Origin: Hydrolagus colliei
Lineage: Eukaryota
DNA length: 64,000 nucleotides
Reading direction: 5' to 3'
Assembly: GCA_035084275.1 (NCBI GenBank)
Contig: CM068757.1
Coordinates: 5,208,001 to 5,272,000, forward strand
The translations under genes and the position numbers were made by a program. Under the pieces are notes generated by a model. That model saw nothing but the letters and a program-made list of their open reading frames with translations. It had not been told where the DNA came from and ran no database searches. Below, piece after piece: positions 1-10,973 of the stretch; within the stretch, counting starts at the first letter, position 1; the number at the start of each line of letters is the position of its first letter.

Positions 1-295
1 GCTATCCCACCTGAAGGGCTCTATATAAATGAAAGTTGTTGTTGTTGAAATGCATGTTCAAGGACTTCCATGATTTCAATTGCCTGAAGCCTGCATATTG
101 GTTGCAGATGTGGCTGAAAAATAAAATCAATCTTATGAAATGTGAAATTTGGTTCCAATTTCAGTTCAGAACCACTGGTCGATATTTTTAAAAAATTTAG
201 CAACTATACACAGCTGCTTCACACAATAGTTTGTCATCAGTGAAAGTACATTTGAAATATCCTGCTTATATTGTGATCCATAATATGTCTACCTG

Positions 296-582
296 GGGGC
301 GCACTCGATAGTCCAAACATTCGATAGTCCGTTGTACATCCAGTATTTCCTATACCCGGGGTGGTTACCGTGGTTACCAAAAATAAGGTTTGTTAATCCG
401 AACATTTGGTGCGATAGTCTGAAGGTTCATTAGTCCAAATGTTGGGGTTAGTATTAGGGTTAGGATTAGGGTTAGGATTAGTGTTAGTGTTACGGTTAGG
501 GTTAGGGGAAGCTTCGGTCTAACGAATCTTTGGACTATTGAACCTTCAGACGAATGAACCTTCGGACTATCGGGCGGTAACC
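296..582. mobile_element. Non-autonomous DNA transposon (MITE), MULE/Mutator-like
   Basis: Flanked by gtctacctg (287-295) and gtctgcctg (583-591), a 9-bp TSD with one mismatch. Imperfect termini ggggcgcactcgatagtcc versus reverse complement of the right end ggttaccgcccgatagtcc. ~16-bp subterminal units are inverted between the arms. Central TTAGGG-like tract. Confidence 0.75.
444..508 (+). repeat. Degenerate telomere-like (TTAGGG/TTAGGA/TTAGTG)n tract inside the MITE
   Basis: ggggttagtattagggttaggattagggttaggattagtgttagtgttacggttagggttagggg read directly. Confidence 0.9.
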
Positions 583-1289
583 GTCTGCCTGATGGCCATA
601 AAACTTTGTGTAGAATCGCATGGATCCTCCAATTTGTAATTGATACTGTAAATTCCTCTTAGTAGTTTTGGGGAAAAAGACAGAATTCTGAATACTGGAT
701 GTACAACAGTTGAACAGTTCAATCAGTCATTATTACTTATTGCCTCGCCAGTTTATAAGTATGGATTTCTTTAAGTGCCTTGCTATTGATAGTAGGATCT
801 TGTATCGGACCTTGATATTTAGATGCTGGTAAATGCTGCCTAGCTTTACCTGAGTTGCTTATAAACTAGGTGTAAAAAAAAATCCCCAAAGAATATTTTT
901 CTTTATTTAGAAATCTATTCTCATTCCACTCCCCCTCCAAACCCGGGAGGAACTCAAGTCTGACTCACAATGGCTTATTAATTTTGACGTTGGTTAGGAT
1001 TGCTTCTTTGTTGATTTTGCTCTTTTTTTTTTCTCTCTCCCACTATTAAAAACAAATACTAACATTATCCCACATACCAGTCTTTCAATCGTGCCACATA
1101 TTGTCTGGAAAACAAACAACAAAGCAGGTTGTTTCTATGCTTTAAGAAATGGGCAGAATAAATGTCACTTTAACAGGAGCTGAATATAGTCCATGCAACA
1201 CTACAAAAGGGAATAAGTGAATCACTCTGATAGGTGAACTCTACTAGTGGAGAAGCAATGGCATTGGCAGGTGCTGTAATTTAGGACAT

Positions 1290-1848
1290 ACAACAACAAA
1301 AATAATTGCACTAAAATAGCGTCTTTCACGTCAGGAGGACGTCCCAAAGTGCTGAACAGTCAGCTCGGGACTCGAGCAGGGGGAGGGTCGGGGTAGGGGG
1401 AAGGGAAAGAAGAGTGGGAGAGGGGGAAGAGTTAGTGGGGGAATTCTTGAATTCGATTCTCTGGGTGACGGGGAGCCAATGGAGACGGGCGAGGGTGGGA
1501 GTGATGTGGTCGTGAAGCCTGGTACGGAAGAGTACACGAGCTGCAGAATTCTGAATGATCTGCAGCTTGTGAAGGGAGGAGCTGGGAAGGCTGATGAGGA
1601 GAGAGTTCCCGTAGCTGAGCCTGGAAGTGATAAAGGCCTGGATGAGAGTTTTGGCGGCATGTGGGGTGAGGTAGTGGCGGAGTCTGGCAATATTGCGGAG
1701 GTGGTGGAAGGCTGTGCTGGTCATGGAGTGGATGTGGGGGAGGAAGGATAGTTTGGGGTCGAACAAGACGCCCAGATTCCTGATTGGCTTCGAGAGGTGG
1801 AGAGAGCAGTCTCGAACGCTGACGTTGTCAGCGCCTGAGGTGCGGAGG
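1290..1848 (-). mobile_element. L2-clade LINE 3' fragment (ORF2 C-terminus plus 3' UTR), internally deleted
   Basis: Translation RNLGVLFDPKLSF...HLRNIARLRHYL...LIQAFITSRLSYGNSLL...KLQIIQNSAARVL...HITPTLARLHWLPVTQRIEFK is the typical L2 RT C-terminus. It ends in a (TTG)n tail and shares its 3' UTR with the copy at 5775-6270. Confidence 0.93.
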
Positions 1849-2322
1849 CCCTGATGTGAGCCAATCAGGAGGGCTTCCGTCTTGTTGACATTGAGCTGTA
1901 GAAATCACAGAACATTTATTTTGTGTATTGTGGATCCCCCCCAATTCCTCGTTTCCCATTGCAATTGGGAAGATTGAAAGAAATGTGTTGTATTCAATCC
2001 CGTTGGCAAGTTTGAGTTGCAAGGATGGGAAATAAGACCATTTATGACATTAACTCTCCTCAGGATGCGCGGTTCACATGCATGCTCAACTTTGATTCTT
2101 CAAGTTATACAGAAGGTTGCCAGGTGAAATCCCTGAGTTTAGCGAGGCTGTATTGCCTGGAGATGACCTCCTGCCATCCCAGCCTCACTATCCCACAGCC
2201 ACACCCCTGCTAAGAAAATCACAATCTCCAACGTATCCATTCTGCCCATCTGGCTAAATGTGCCAGAGCTGCTCTGTTAACATCTTAGTTAATTGAATAC
2301 ATTACTGCAATAAGGTACTTAA

Positions 2323-2570
2323 GTGTGTCAGCCTGGCTCAGTGGAGGCATTCTGGTCTCTGAGCCAGAGGTTGTGGGTTGAAGCCCCACTTGGAACCACA
2401 GTGGTGTGGTGTTGCATTTTTGGAGGTGCTATCCTTCAGATGAGATAGCAAACCGAGGTTCTGTCAGCCCGATCAGGTGGATGTTGAAGTTTGCAGTAAA
2501 ATTCTCGTGAAGCACTTTGAAACATCCTCTCAATGCGAAAGGCACATTATCAATTGCGAGGATTATTACT
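2323..2570 (+). mobile_element. Old tRNA-derived DeuSINE-type element, internally deleted
   Basis: A/B-box-like head (tggctcagtgg...gggttgaagcccc), Deu-like ggaggtgctatccttcagatgagatagcaaaccgagg, and the shared SINE tail ending gcgaggattatta. Confidence 0.75.
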
Positions 2571-4814
2571 GTTAAGAGCTGTTAAATTCTTGTGGTGAGA
2601 TTGTCTGCCCTCCTGTAATAAGAGTGTTGCTTTACACATTGAGCTTCTCTGTGGAATTCTGTGAGCTAATGCAGTGGTGTGAAATCTGAAATAGCTTTAA
2701 ATAGGATTATATGGGAATTGTTTTTCAAGACTCTTGTTTTTTCATAACTGGAGGACTGTCTTACTCGTGTTAATTTCAATTGTTTCAGATGAAGCCACAT
2801 TATCAAATGCAAGGATCGTTATTATTGCTTGAAACGTATGGAAAATATTGGCTCCTCTTTCACTTGCACTCCACAGCTGGTGATGCAGCTAATTTTCAGC
2901 TGCTTTGGGAACCACAGAAAACAGCTTACGACATCCAGACGCGCACAAGCCATGACCCGTCTTCTCGTATCCACTCTGTATTACACTTGTCATCTCACTT
3001 TATTACTTTCTTCATTATCAATGATCAGACAACCTGAAGGTCTATCCATGCCCGTTACAGTAGAGGCTGTTCAGTCAGGGCCATTGCAGGTTTGTTTCTC
3101 TGTCAAAACCATTAACGTAATCATTGGAATCAGGGATTATAGTTTGAATATTAAAAAACAGAGAATATTCAGAAGCAACCAGCAAAGTTGTTGAATATTT
3201 ATGTTTATTCTCCACTGCTGTCTCCTTTCTTCTTTCTGCTGGGAGGATGGATGGAGGCGCTATACAAGTGCAGTTTCCTTTATGTTGTTGTTGCATTCTG
3301 TGGCTGCCTTTCCCCTTTGTTCTGTTGTCAGTTATAGGTGGAGTGGGGCTCCTTGTAGAACGAGAGTGTTCCTGCCAGCAGCAGAGAAAGGCATCATTTC
3401 ATACTTGAGTCATCAAACTTATTCCATTTTTATTTATCCAATTGAATAAAGAAAATAACCCTATCAAACTAAACCTCCTTCCTCATCTATAGGCGAGTTT
3501 CTTTCGGGGCATCGTATTTTTACGTGGGAGTGGGGAGAAGTGGGAGTTAAATTCTCACCTGTTGAACTCATGATGCTGGTAATTGAACTCAGCAAGCTCT
3601 GTTCCAAAGTGATGTAACTTTAATGCAACATTACAAAGAGGTCATATACTCGACAATATGGAGGCTGACATATAGTCCACTTGTTTATAGCTTAAACGAT
3701 CTATTGCCTTGATAAACATGCTCATGGTGACTTGAAGTCGTCCCTGTGTACATCTTCTTGCTCACAGTTGAAGGAGCGCCAAGATTAATGCAGTGCGAGC
3801 AGGTTCTACGAATGTAAAGGTAGTCGCTGTGAATATCTCACTCAACCTAACGTGAAGCATTCATCACTGGCTGCAAATGAATCCATTACATTCATTTGCC
3901 ACAAACAAAATGTTGATTTGACGCTCACTCAATCCTTCCTGCAATAGCAGCTTTGGCACCCGTGGTTTGTGGGGGTACGGTACATTTTGATTACCCAAAT
4001 TGACCACGTTACAATTGGGGTTCTTTCCGGTTCCAGTGACACAGTGTACATAGGTACTTGAACATCTTGAATAAATTAGACAGTGCGAGCTTATAATAAA
4101 TTGCCACTGTACCTTGCGTGTGAAGTTGAATCCTTCACCTTGAGCCAGTGACAGGTACCCAGGAGGCTGAGCTATGTACAAAGAGAAGTAAAAGGTGTGA
4201 AAGCAGCATGAAATTGTTCCGACAGGGAGCCTTGCTAGTGCCAGAAGGATAAGTTGTTTTTCATTTCCCATCAAAATCATATAATTAGAACAGTGCTATG
4301 TCATATCTTCCAAAATCTTTCACGCATAATTCATCTACAAGTGCATAAACCCTATTTATTAATCAAGGGTCATATGGGGACACAATATGCACTAGTGCTG
4401 ATTCCGAGTTTAAAAAATAGATTTTTACCATACAATTCACGTCACCTTTGGCCCAGAATTAAGGCAGTCTTCATTGATAAGAGTTCTAATAGAACTGAAG
4501 CACTCATTTACTGTGCAATCAGGATGGTTGATTAAAGTGTCTCTCTGCCTGTGTACTTTTTAAATGACCAGTGCCATGGTTCTTTTGATCCGTTCTTTTG
4601 GCTGTGCTTGCCAAACACTCCTGGGCTGCATGCTTGCTTTCATCTTTGAAAGAAGGGATGTTCGTTTGGAAAAGAGGGAGAGAGAAGGGTTTTGAGGAAC
4701 GCACATTGCTCAGGAACTGTTCTGTACCTTTTCTTAGTGAAGATTGAGGTGTGCTCAAACAGGACAGAGCAAGCAATTGTAGAGTAAAAGTCAAATTTAA
4801 CTTGTGCAAGGCAG

Positions 4815-4923
4815 TAAAGTCACTTCACTTTACAGTATTTTCTATGAAGCGCGTTGAGACATCGATAAGATGTGAAAAGCGCTATATCAGATGCCAGAAT
4901 TATTATTATTATTTTTATTATTA
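4815..4923 (+). mobile_element. SINE 3' tail fragment
   Basis: ttcactttacagtattttctatgaagcgcgttgagacatc...gtgaaaagcgctatatcagatgc...(tta)n matches the 3' end of the full copy at 32587. Confidence 0.85.
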
Positions 4924-5547
4924 AAGTCTAAATTCTGCGACAAAGAAGCCCATTGAAAATCAGATATTTAGCTCAGTGTGTCCTGGAGCACAGTGATGGA
5001 TGCCCACATGTGCCAGACACCCGGCTGACCGAATAAAAATGATGAACAGATTCAGTATTTGAATTGCACAGGGTTTTTCTGCTATGCCTAGAGCAACTAA
5101 TGTCCTTTGGTCTGCTCTTCCTCTGCTGCTGTTCTCTCTCTGTCTATCTCTTTGTCTCCTCTCCATCCCTTCCTCCACCACCCCCTGCCTCACCCACAGC
5201 TTCAACACTCCTGAAGAAATGTAAACCCATCACTGTACATGAAGGGTAGAATGCAGGTCATTGTAATGGAGGGCAAAGATTCAGTCCCTATCAATGTCCA
5301 GGCACTGGTATCATATGGAGAGATTCATGACAGGAAAAATAAAGTGAAAAATGACAAATTAACGCTTTATTCATTTTAATATATTCCAGGTTTTTTTGTG
5401 TGAAAACATAGAATTGCTTCTTGAAAGCAAGGTTGGCTTAGGCTTACTGTTGAAATCTTTATTTTGTGAGATCTATGTGTGAGTGTTTGCATGCATTGAG
5501 TCATGCAGAGGATTAAACGTGTTACAGCCTGCTCCAATGACCGAAGC

Positions 5548-6420
5548 AACAATAATAATAATAATAATTGTTGCATCTGATAGCTATTTCAGCAACTCAT
5601 TACATTCTCTCAAACCACTTCATAGGATTTACTGGAAACTGCGAAGAAGGTATAAGCGTAGGCAAATAAGGCAGCTGATTTGCTCACTGCAATGTCCCAC
5701 AAATAAGCGTGAAGTGACTGACCAATTTTATCTGGGTTGGTGTTGGTCAGGACACTGTCAGAAACACCCTTCTCACTCCCATCCTCGTCCGTCTCCACTG
5801 GCTCCCCGTCACCAAGAGGATCGAATTCAAGATCCTTGTCCTCACTTTCAAGGCCATTCACGGCCTTGCCCCCGCCTACCTCTCTGATCTACTGTCTCCC
5901 TACCAGCCTGCCCACATCCTTCGTTCAGCAGACCCAGGCCTGCTCCACGTCCACCGCCCTAACTGCCCAACCATCGGCGGCCGGGCATTCAGCCTCTTTG
6001 CTCCCACACTGTGGAACTCCATCCCGTAGCCCCTCCGCCTCGCTTCCTCCCTTTCCTCCTTCAAGGCCGGTCTCAAGACCTTCCTCTTCGACTGCGCCTT
6101 CGGCTGCCCCACTAACTCTTGCTCCTCTCCCACTCTCCTTCTCCTTCCCCCTACTTCGACCGTCCCCCACTCCCCACGCCCTCCGCTCGGGTCCCGGCCA
6201 GACTGTTCAGTGCTTTGGGACGTCCTCCCGACGTGAAAGGCACTATATAAGTGCAATTTTGTTGTTGTTGTTCTCTTTTTGAACAATGCCATGGAATACT
6301 CAACATCCGCTTGAACAGGTTGACAGGACACCAGTTGAAACGCCTCATTCAAAAGATGGCACTTCCGGTAAGGCAACCCACTGCCACATTTGATTGTAAG
6401 CCTAGACTGCGACACATTCT
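5548..6420 (-). mobile_element. Old DeuSINE split by an L2 insertion (pieces ~5548-5774 and ~6271-6420)
   Basis: Tail and Deu 3' part lie left of the L2. The Deu continuation (tgccatggaatactcaacatccgcttga...cctcattcaaaagatggcacttcc) resumes right of it, colinear with the DeuSINE at 15832-16253. Confidence 0.75.
5775..6270 (+). mobile_element. Relatively young 5'-truncated L2 LINE
   Basis: In-frame TPILVRLHWLPVTKRIEFKILVLTFKAIHGLAPAYLSDLL...GGRAFSLFAPTLWNSIP*PLR...FKAGLKTFLFDCAF with a single stop. CpG-rich, with a C-rich 3' UTR and a (gtt)n tail. Confidence 0.95.
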
Positions 6421-6546
6421 CTGGTTGGCTCTGCAATCATCTCCTCTCATGGACAAACTGGCTCAAAGCCATCTCAGAAGTAAAGGCTTTGATTCACACC
6501 TGACCAGCCGTTATTTTCATTACTCACATGTCACTCCCAGTTTACA

Positions 6547-6610
6547 ATAACAACAACAAAATCACATTTGCATAGCGCCTTTCATGTCAGGATGACATCC
6601 CAGGCACTGG
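6547..6610 (-). mobile_element. Short L2 3' tail
   Basis: caacaacaaaatcacatttgcatagcgcctttcatgtcaggatgacatccc is the reverse complement of the L2 terminus at ~6210-6270. Confidence 0.8.
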
Positions 6611-7116
6611 GACTTTAGAGACTTTGAGAATTTGACCTCTGAACAGCAGCAGTGAATATAGGACCCTTCGCCATCTGTTCATAAACCATTTCAAATGCCA
6701 GCAATTCAGACTGACTGACACCTCTTTTTCCAACTCAATATCAGATCCCTAATATAATGTCAAGTGTATCACCCTGTAAATGATAGCAACCTCTTCATGC
6801 TTCTAATAATCAGTAGCCTTATGGTTTTAGAAAACAAGCCAATAGATCATTTTAGTTTCTTTTCAACACAGATACTTGCTTTGATATGTGAAATATAGGA
6901 TATCGCTGCATTAGTTTTTTTCGCTGCAACAATTTAATTTGTGGAACTTCAGATGATTGATCCACTGGAAGAAAATAAGCTTTTTTTTCCAGCAATAATA
7001 TCAGCTATGCTCAAAACAATACCTTAGTACTATATTATAATAGACAGACAATTAATCAAACTTCCTTGAAAATGGCTTTGTATAAATTTGCTGTTTGAAA
7101 GTTATTGATGGGATTT

Positions 7117-7375
7117 CATAGAATCATAGAATTAGACAGCACACAAGGAGGCCATTCGGCCCATCTTGTCTGTGCTGGCCTTTTTAAGCAGTCAGCCAAT
7201 TCAGGCCAACTCCCCCGCGCTCTCCCAATGGTCCTGCAAACTTGTCCTCTCCAAATAATTATCTACTTCTCCCTTACAAGTTATTATTGAATCGGCTTCC
7301 ATCACCCTTTCAGGTAATGCATTCCAGATCCGAACACCTCACTGTGCGAAAAAATTTCTCCTCCCCTCCCCTGTG
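7117..7375 (-). mobile_element. CR1-clade LINE 3' end
   Basis: catagaatcatagaa tail repeat, ggaggccattcggccca terminal stem, and ORF2 end (gcattccagatc...aaaaaatttctcctc) in reverse orientation. Confidence 0.85.
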
Positions 7376-7627
7376 TTGCTTTGAACAACTTGCACAATGC
7401 ATGATTTCCATTTGAAAGCCAGACAATAGATTCTGCTCATTGGCTCTGTTTGAATTGTTTATAAATACTTTATTGACGTTTTATAGTGACCTGTGAATCA
7501 TGGGGCGTTTTCAAATAACTGGCGTTTCTATGGTGAAAAAAATGCATTTTTATTAATGCCATGCCAACGTAAACACAATGCATCAAATGGACCATAGGAA
7601 CAAAGTGGAATTGATTTCTCTGCACTG

Positions 7628-7697
7628 GACAGTGATAGTGCCTATAGCAAATTTTCATGATTGACGGTGATAGTGCCTATAGCAAATTTCCATTTGA
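7628..7697. repeat. Two-copy 35-bp tandem duplication
   Basis: gtgatagtgcctatagcaaattt occurs exactly at 7632-7654 and 7667-7689. Confidence 0.9.
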
Positions 7698-8616
7698 TAG
7701 AAAAGCTATATCATTAATAATTCTACAAGTAACCATGTCATATTTGAATGTGACCAATGATCTTTTAGTTCGCCTTATTTGAAACGAACTGGCAAAAAGA
7801 TGACACCTTCTTTTTTTAAAAACAACCAATGTTGATTTATAAAGCTTGTCACATTACAGCACTCTCATTTGACAGATGCATCCTTTACTATTTTTTGCTG
7901 TCCCAGGACATTAATATTTAAATCCCTATTTTGTGTTGCTTAACATCTACGATGGCTCTCAACAAAATATGTCAACAAAAATATTCCGCCCAGTATCAGG
8001 ATCTCACCTCAGCGTTTCTCTTGTGTATTGTTTTAACCACTGTCGCTATAAATTTAGAAATAAGCAAGATGGGATTTCGCATTCCTAAACCAAGATCAAA
8101 AAGCTCACCAGCACTGACATTCAACATGCGATAAATCCCAATTCCATATATTGTTCTTCATTTCATTATATCAGACAGCTTAAATCTACTTCAATTTGCT
8201 GCTTTTTCCCCATCTCCTTGATATTCTGCTTCATCTGAGTGTATGAGGTTTTTTTTTGTGGTTGCTTCCCCCCCCACCCCCAATTAGAAATGTTACTCTG
8301 CATTTTATAGCTTGTCACATAACAGTCAGACTGGATAGTCGGACGATCTCTTGGCTAACTGCAGAAATATTCTTAGATATTGAAGAAGAGTGAATCATGT
8401 GACTCGTCCAACATAGCAACAGAGAAAATAGTTATGGCAATTTTAAAACAATGGTGGCGGTGGTAAGAAAAGGCATATTGGGGTCTAATTTCACAATTAG
8501 TGGGACGGTTTAACTGTGCGCAATATCAAATACAAGGATTATTATTAATGATTACATTACTTTGTAATGCTTTGCATGAATCAGTTACATTGGCATCTGT
8601 ATAATTCTGCCGATGG

Positions 8617-8720
8617 TCAGTTCTGATGAAGGGTCGTGGACCCAAAATGTTGACTCACTTTCCTTTCTCCATGGATGCTGCCTGACCTGTTGAGTTTTCC
8701 CAGCAACTTCTGTTTCTGTT
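8617..8720 (+). mobile_element. Penelope-like element terminus with degenerate hammerhead core
   Basis: ctgatgaagggtcgtggacccaaaatgttgact...ccatggatgctgcctgacctgttgagttttcccagca resembles the common chondrichthyan Penelope-type end. Confidence 0.75.
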
Positions 8721-10149
8721 GGCAAATTTACATATGGTTTATTGACCGAATCCAGAGATAGAAGTTGTCATTTAAAACAAAATGTTTGCAAGTGTTTTGA
8801 AGGCTGTAAAATGTCTTCAGTGTGTCAATAACACAGCAAACAGCTTGAGTTACAGTTCATATTTTCTGAACCTCTTGTGTGTGTTGCAGCTTGTGTATTG
8901 CCAACCTCCTGCTATTCTCCGCATGATTACAATGATTCGGCTACTGTTGATAGGTTGCAGGTTTCTCAAGTGTCCTACTTAGGTATGGAAAGCTCCTTTA
9001 TAAATCCTGCAGAATTATTGCCCTGTTCACTTCAGATTTGCACCCTGCGCTCTGGAGAATTATTCACTGATTGAGCGAGAAGTTAAGAACATTGTAAATA
9101 AAGATGGCACAGTGAGGGGTGGAGACACCTGCGGGGATTTGTGGAGCAGGGACTGAGCAATATCATACCTGGCCTTGCAGTGTTGCTACAACTGGAATAT
9201 AAGTAGTAAAACCTCTTCCCTAGCGCTGTCATTCTTCATCTTGTTGAAATGCGTGAAGAAAAGGAGAGCAGATGAAGAATGATGTGGCGGCGCATTGTTC
9301 CAGACAGTTGAATGTTTTTACTCTTTTCGTGGAAACGAGGCCTGATCGTGGTGGATGATTCGCCTGCTTCACCCGATAAAGCGAAAGGGACGTTTTGTCC
9401 GTTTGATGGAGTGTTTCAGCCGAAACCAGAACTCCATCTAAACGGCAACACACGGGAGAGTGCACAAAGCACTCGCAAGGGGGTGGTTTCATGGAGGGTT
9501 TCGATTGTGCCATTTGAAATGAATAGAAGGTTAAAGCGTCGCCTTGTGCTCCCACACCTATTCCTCCTCTCAGCTGAAGGAAGCAGGCCGCAGGCTTGAA
9601 TGATTCCATCGTCTTCACTCTCCATCCCGTTATTTTGTTGGTGATTGCTACAAGAGTGAGAATGCATGTCAATGCTACAGTGAAGGCTGACAACCAGCAG
9701 GTTTAGCTTTTTTTTTTAAATGTCCACCCAATCCTACGCAGAAGCATAGCATGTTCCAGATTATATCACTGAGCAACAAGGCACGAGAAAGAGAAAGATG
9801 GAAATAAAACCATGGGAAGAAAATAATCAGTCCACACAATGGAAGAGGCTCAGAGTGGTGAGTGACCTACTCCTCTCCCTATGTTTCACAGGGTTGCAGG
9901 CTATCGCTTGCACGTTTTCTTCATGTCTTTTCTAGTGAAATATGCCTGCTTCTTGAATCTCTATCCTAGCTGCACCTGAGGAAAAGGATTATCACTGGTT
10001 ACCAAACAATTTGTACTTACCATAGCACCTTCCAATCAGGATGATGTCCCGTGTCACTTGAAAGCGTTTGGATAGACTGGCAGTTGAGAAATTCTTTAAG
10101 ACGAAAATTATTTTCTCCTTGGATTTTCCCCAAGCTCCGGAACTCCGTG

Positions 10150-10252
10150 CCAGATCTCCTGGAATGTTTTCAGCTTCTGATGGAGGTTTGTGTGGGGCCA
10201 GTTAAGCGTTTCATGTTAATGACTTTTTTAATGAGTTTCGACAAGGTTCCTT
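10150..10252 (+). mobile_element. Highly decayed CR1 RT fragment
   Basis: DLLECF-x22-FDKVP resembles CR1 RT NLLEFF-x23-FDKVP. Confidence 0.4.
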
Positions 10253-10737
10253 TATTTAACAGACGTGCTTTTGGATCGTTCCTGCTGTTGTGTTGAATGA
10301 CGATTTAATCCTGCCCTTCCCTCATCCATCAACTTTCCGCTGCATCAATTGAGGTGTCTTTTAAAGGAATTAGCTGTTGTTCTTTGGTTTGTTGAAAATC
10401 CATAGTGAAAGAAAAAATACAATGTTCTAGGCAAATGTCTCCACTGCTCTAATTGGTACTTGCCTACATTGCTGCTTCACTATTTGGTTTTCGGTGCTAA
10501 TTAAATGAATGTACAATAATTAATATTAGAATGAGCAGTAGGAAACCGGTATTTATGGAGTACTTTGTGACAGATAATGTCACCATAAGGTGTACGCAAT
10601 GTCACCATTTTTTGCTGCACAGTTGTACAGTTTATACAATAGTCCAGACTGCTTTGGTATGCTTCCCAGCAACAATAACCTGCTATTTCAAGCTTGAATC
10701 TTGAGAAGTTGGATCTCAAAGGCGGTGATTTGTTAAG

Positions 10738-10903
10738 TTCTTCTTGTCGGCCTCCTCAATTCTTCCCTCTATAGGCTGCAGATCATCCAGAACTCTGCAG
10801 CGAGTGTCCTCTCCTGTCCTAGACTCCGTGAACCTATCACTCTCACCTGACATCCTCCCGACATGAAAGGCACTATACCAATGTAATTTTGTTGTTGTTG
10901 TTG
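10738..10903 (+). mobile_element. L2 fragment with a large internal deletion
   Basis: LVGLLNSSLYRLQIIQNSAASVLSCPRLREPITLT is joined directly to the last ~55 nt of the L2 tail (gacatcctcccgacatgaaaggcactata...gttgttgttg). Confidence 0.85.
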
Positions 10904-10973
10904 CTTTGCCGCCCAGACTGCCCCTCTGGACTAGAAGAGCAATAAAACTTACATTGTAACAGAGTGAGTGAGA

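Noticed and set aside
289-302. CTCF-like motif ctacctgggggcgc
   Set aside because: Two mismatches to the core consensus, and it is created by the MITE junction; no supporting evidence.
444-508. True telomere or chromosome-fusion scar
   Set aside because: The tract is short, degenerate and enclosed in an element with a TSD and inverted termini.
3720-3752. AHGDLKSS peptide resembling a kinase-homology catalytic loop
   Set aside because: No extended ORF, splice context or further kinase motifs; a chance match is likely.
7628-7697. CRISPR-like direct repeats
   Set aside because: Only two adjacent units, no unique spacers, no cas genes, vertebrate DNA.
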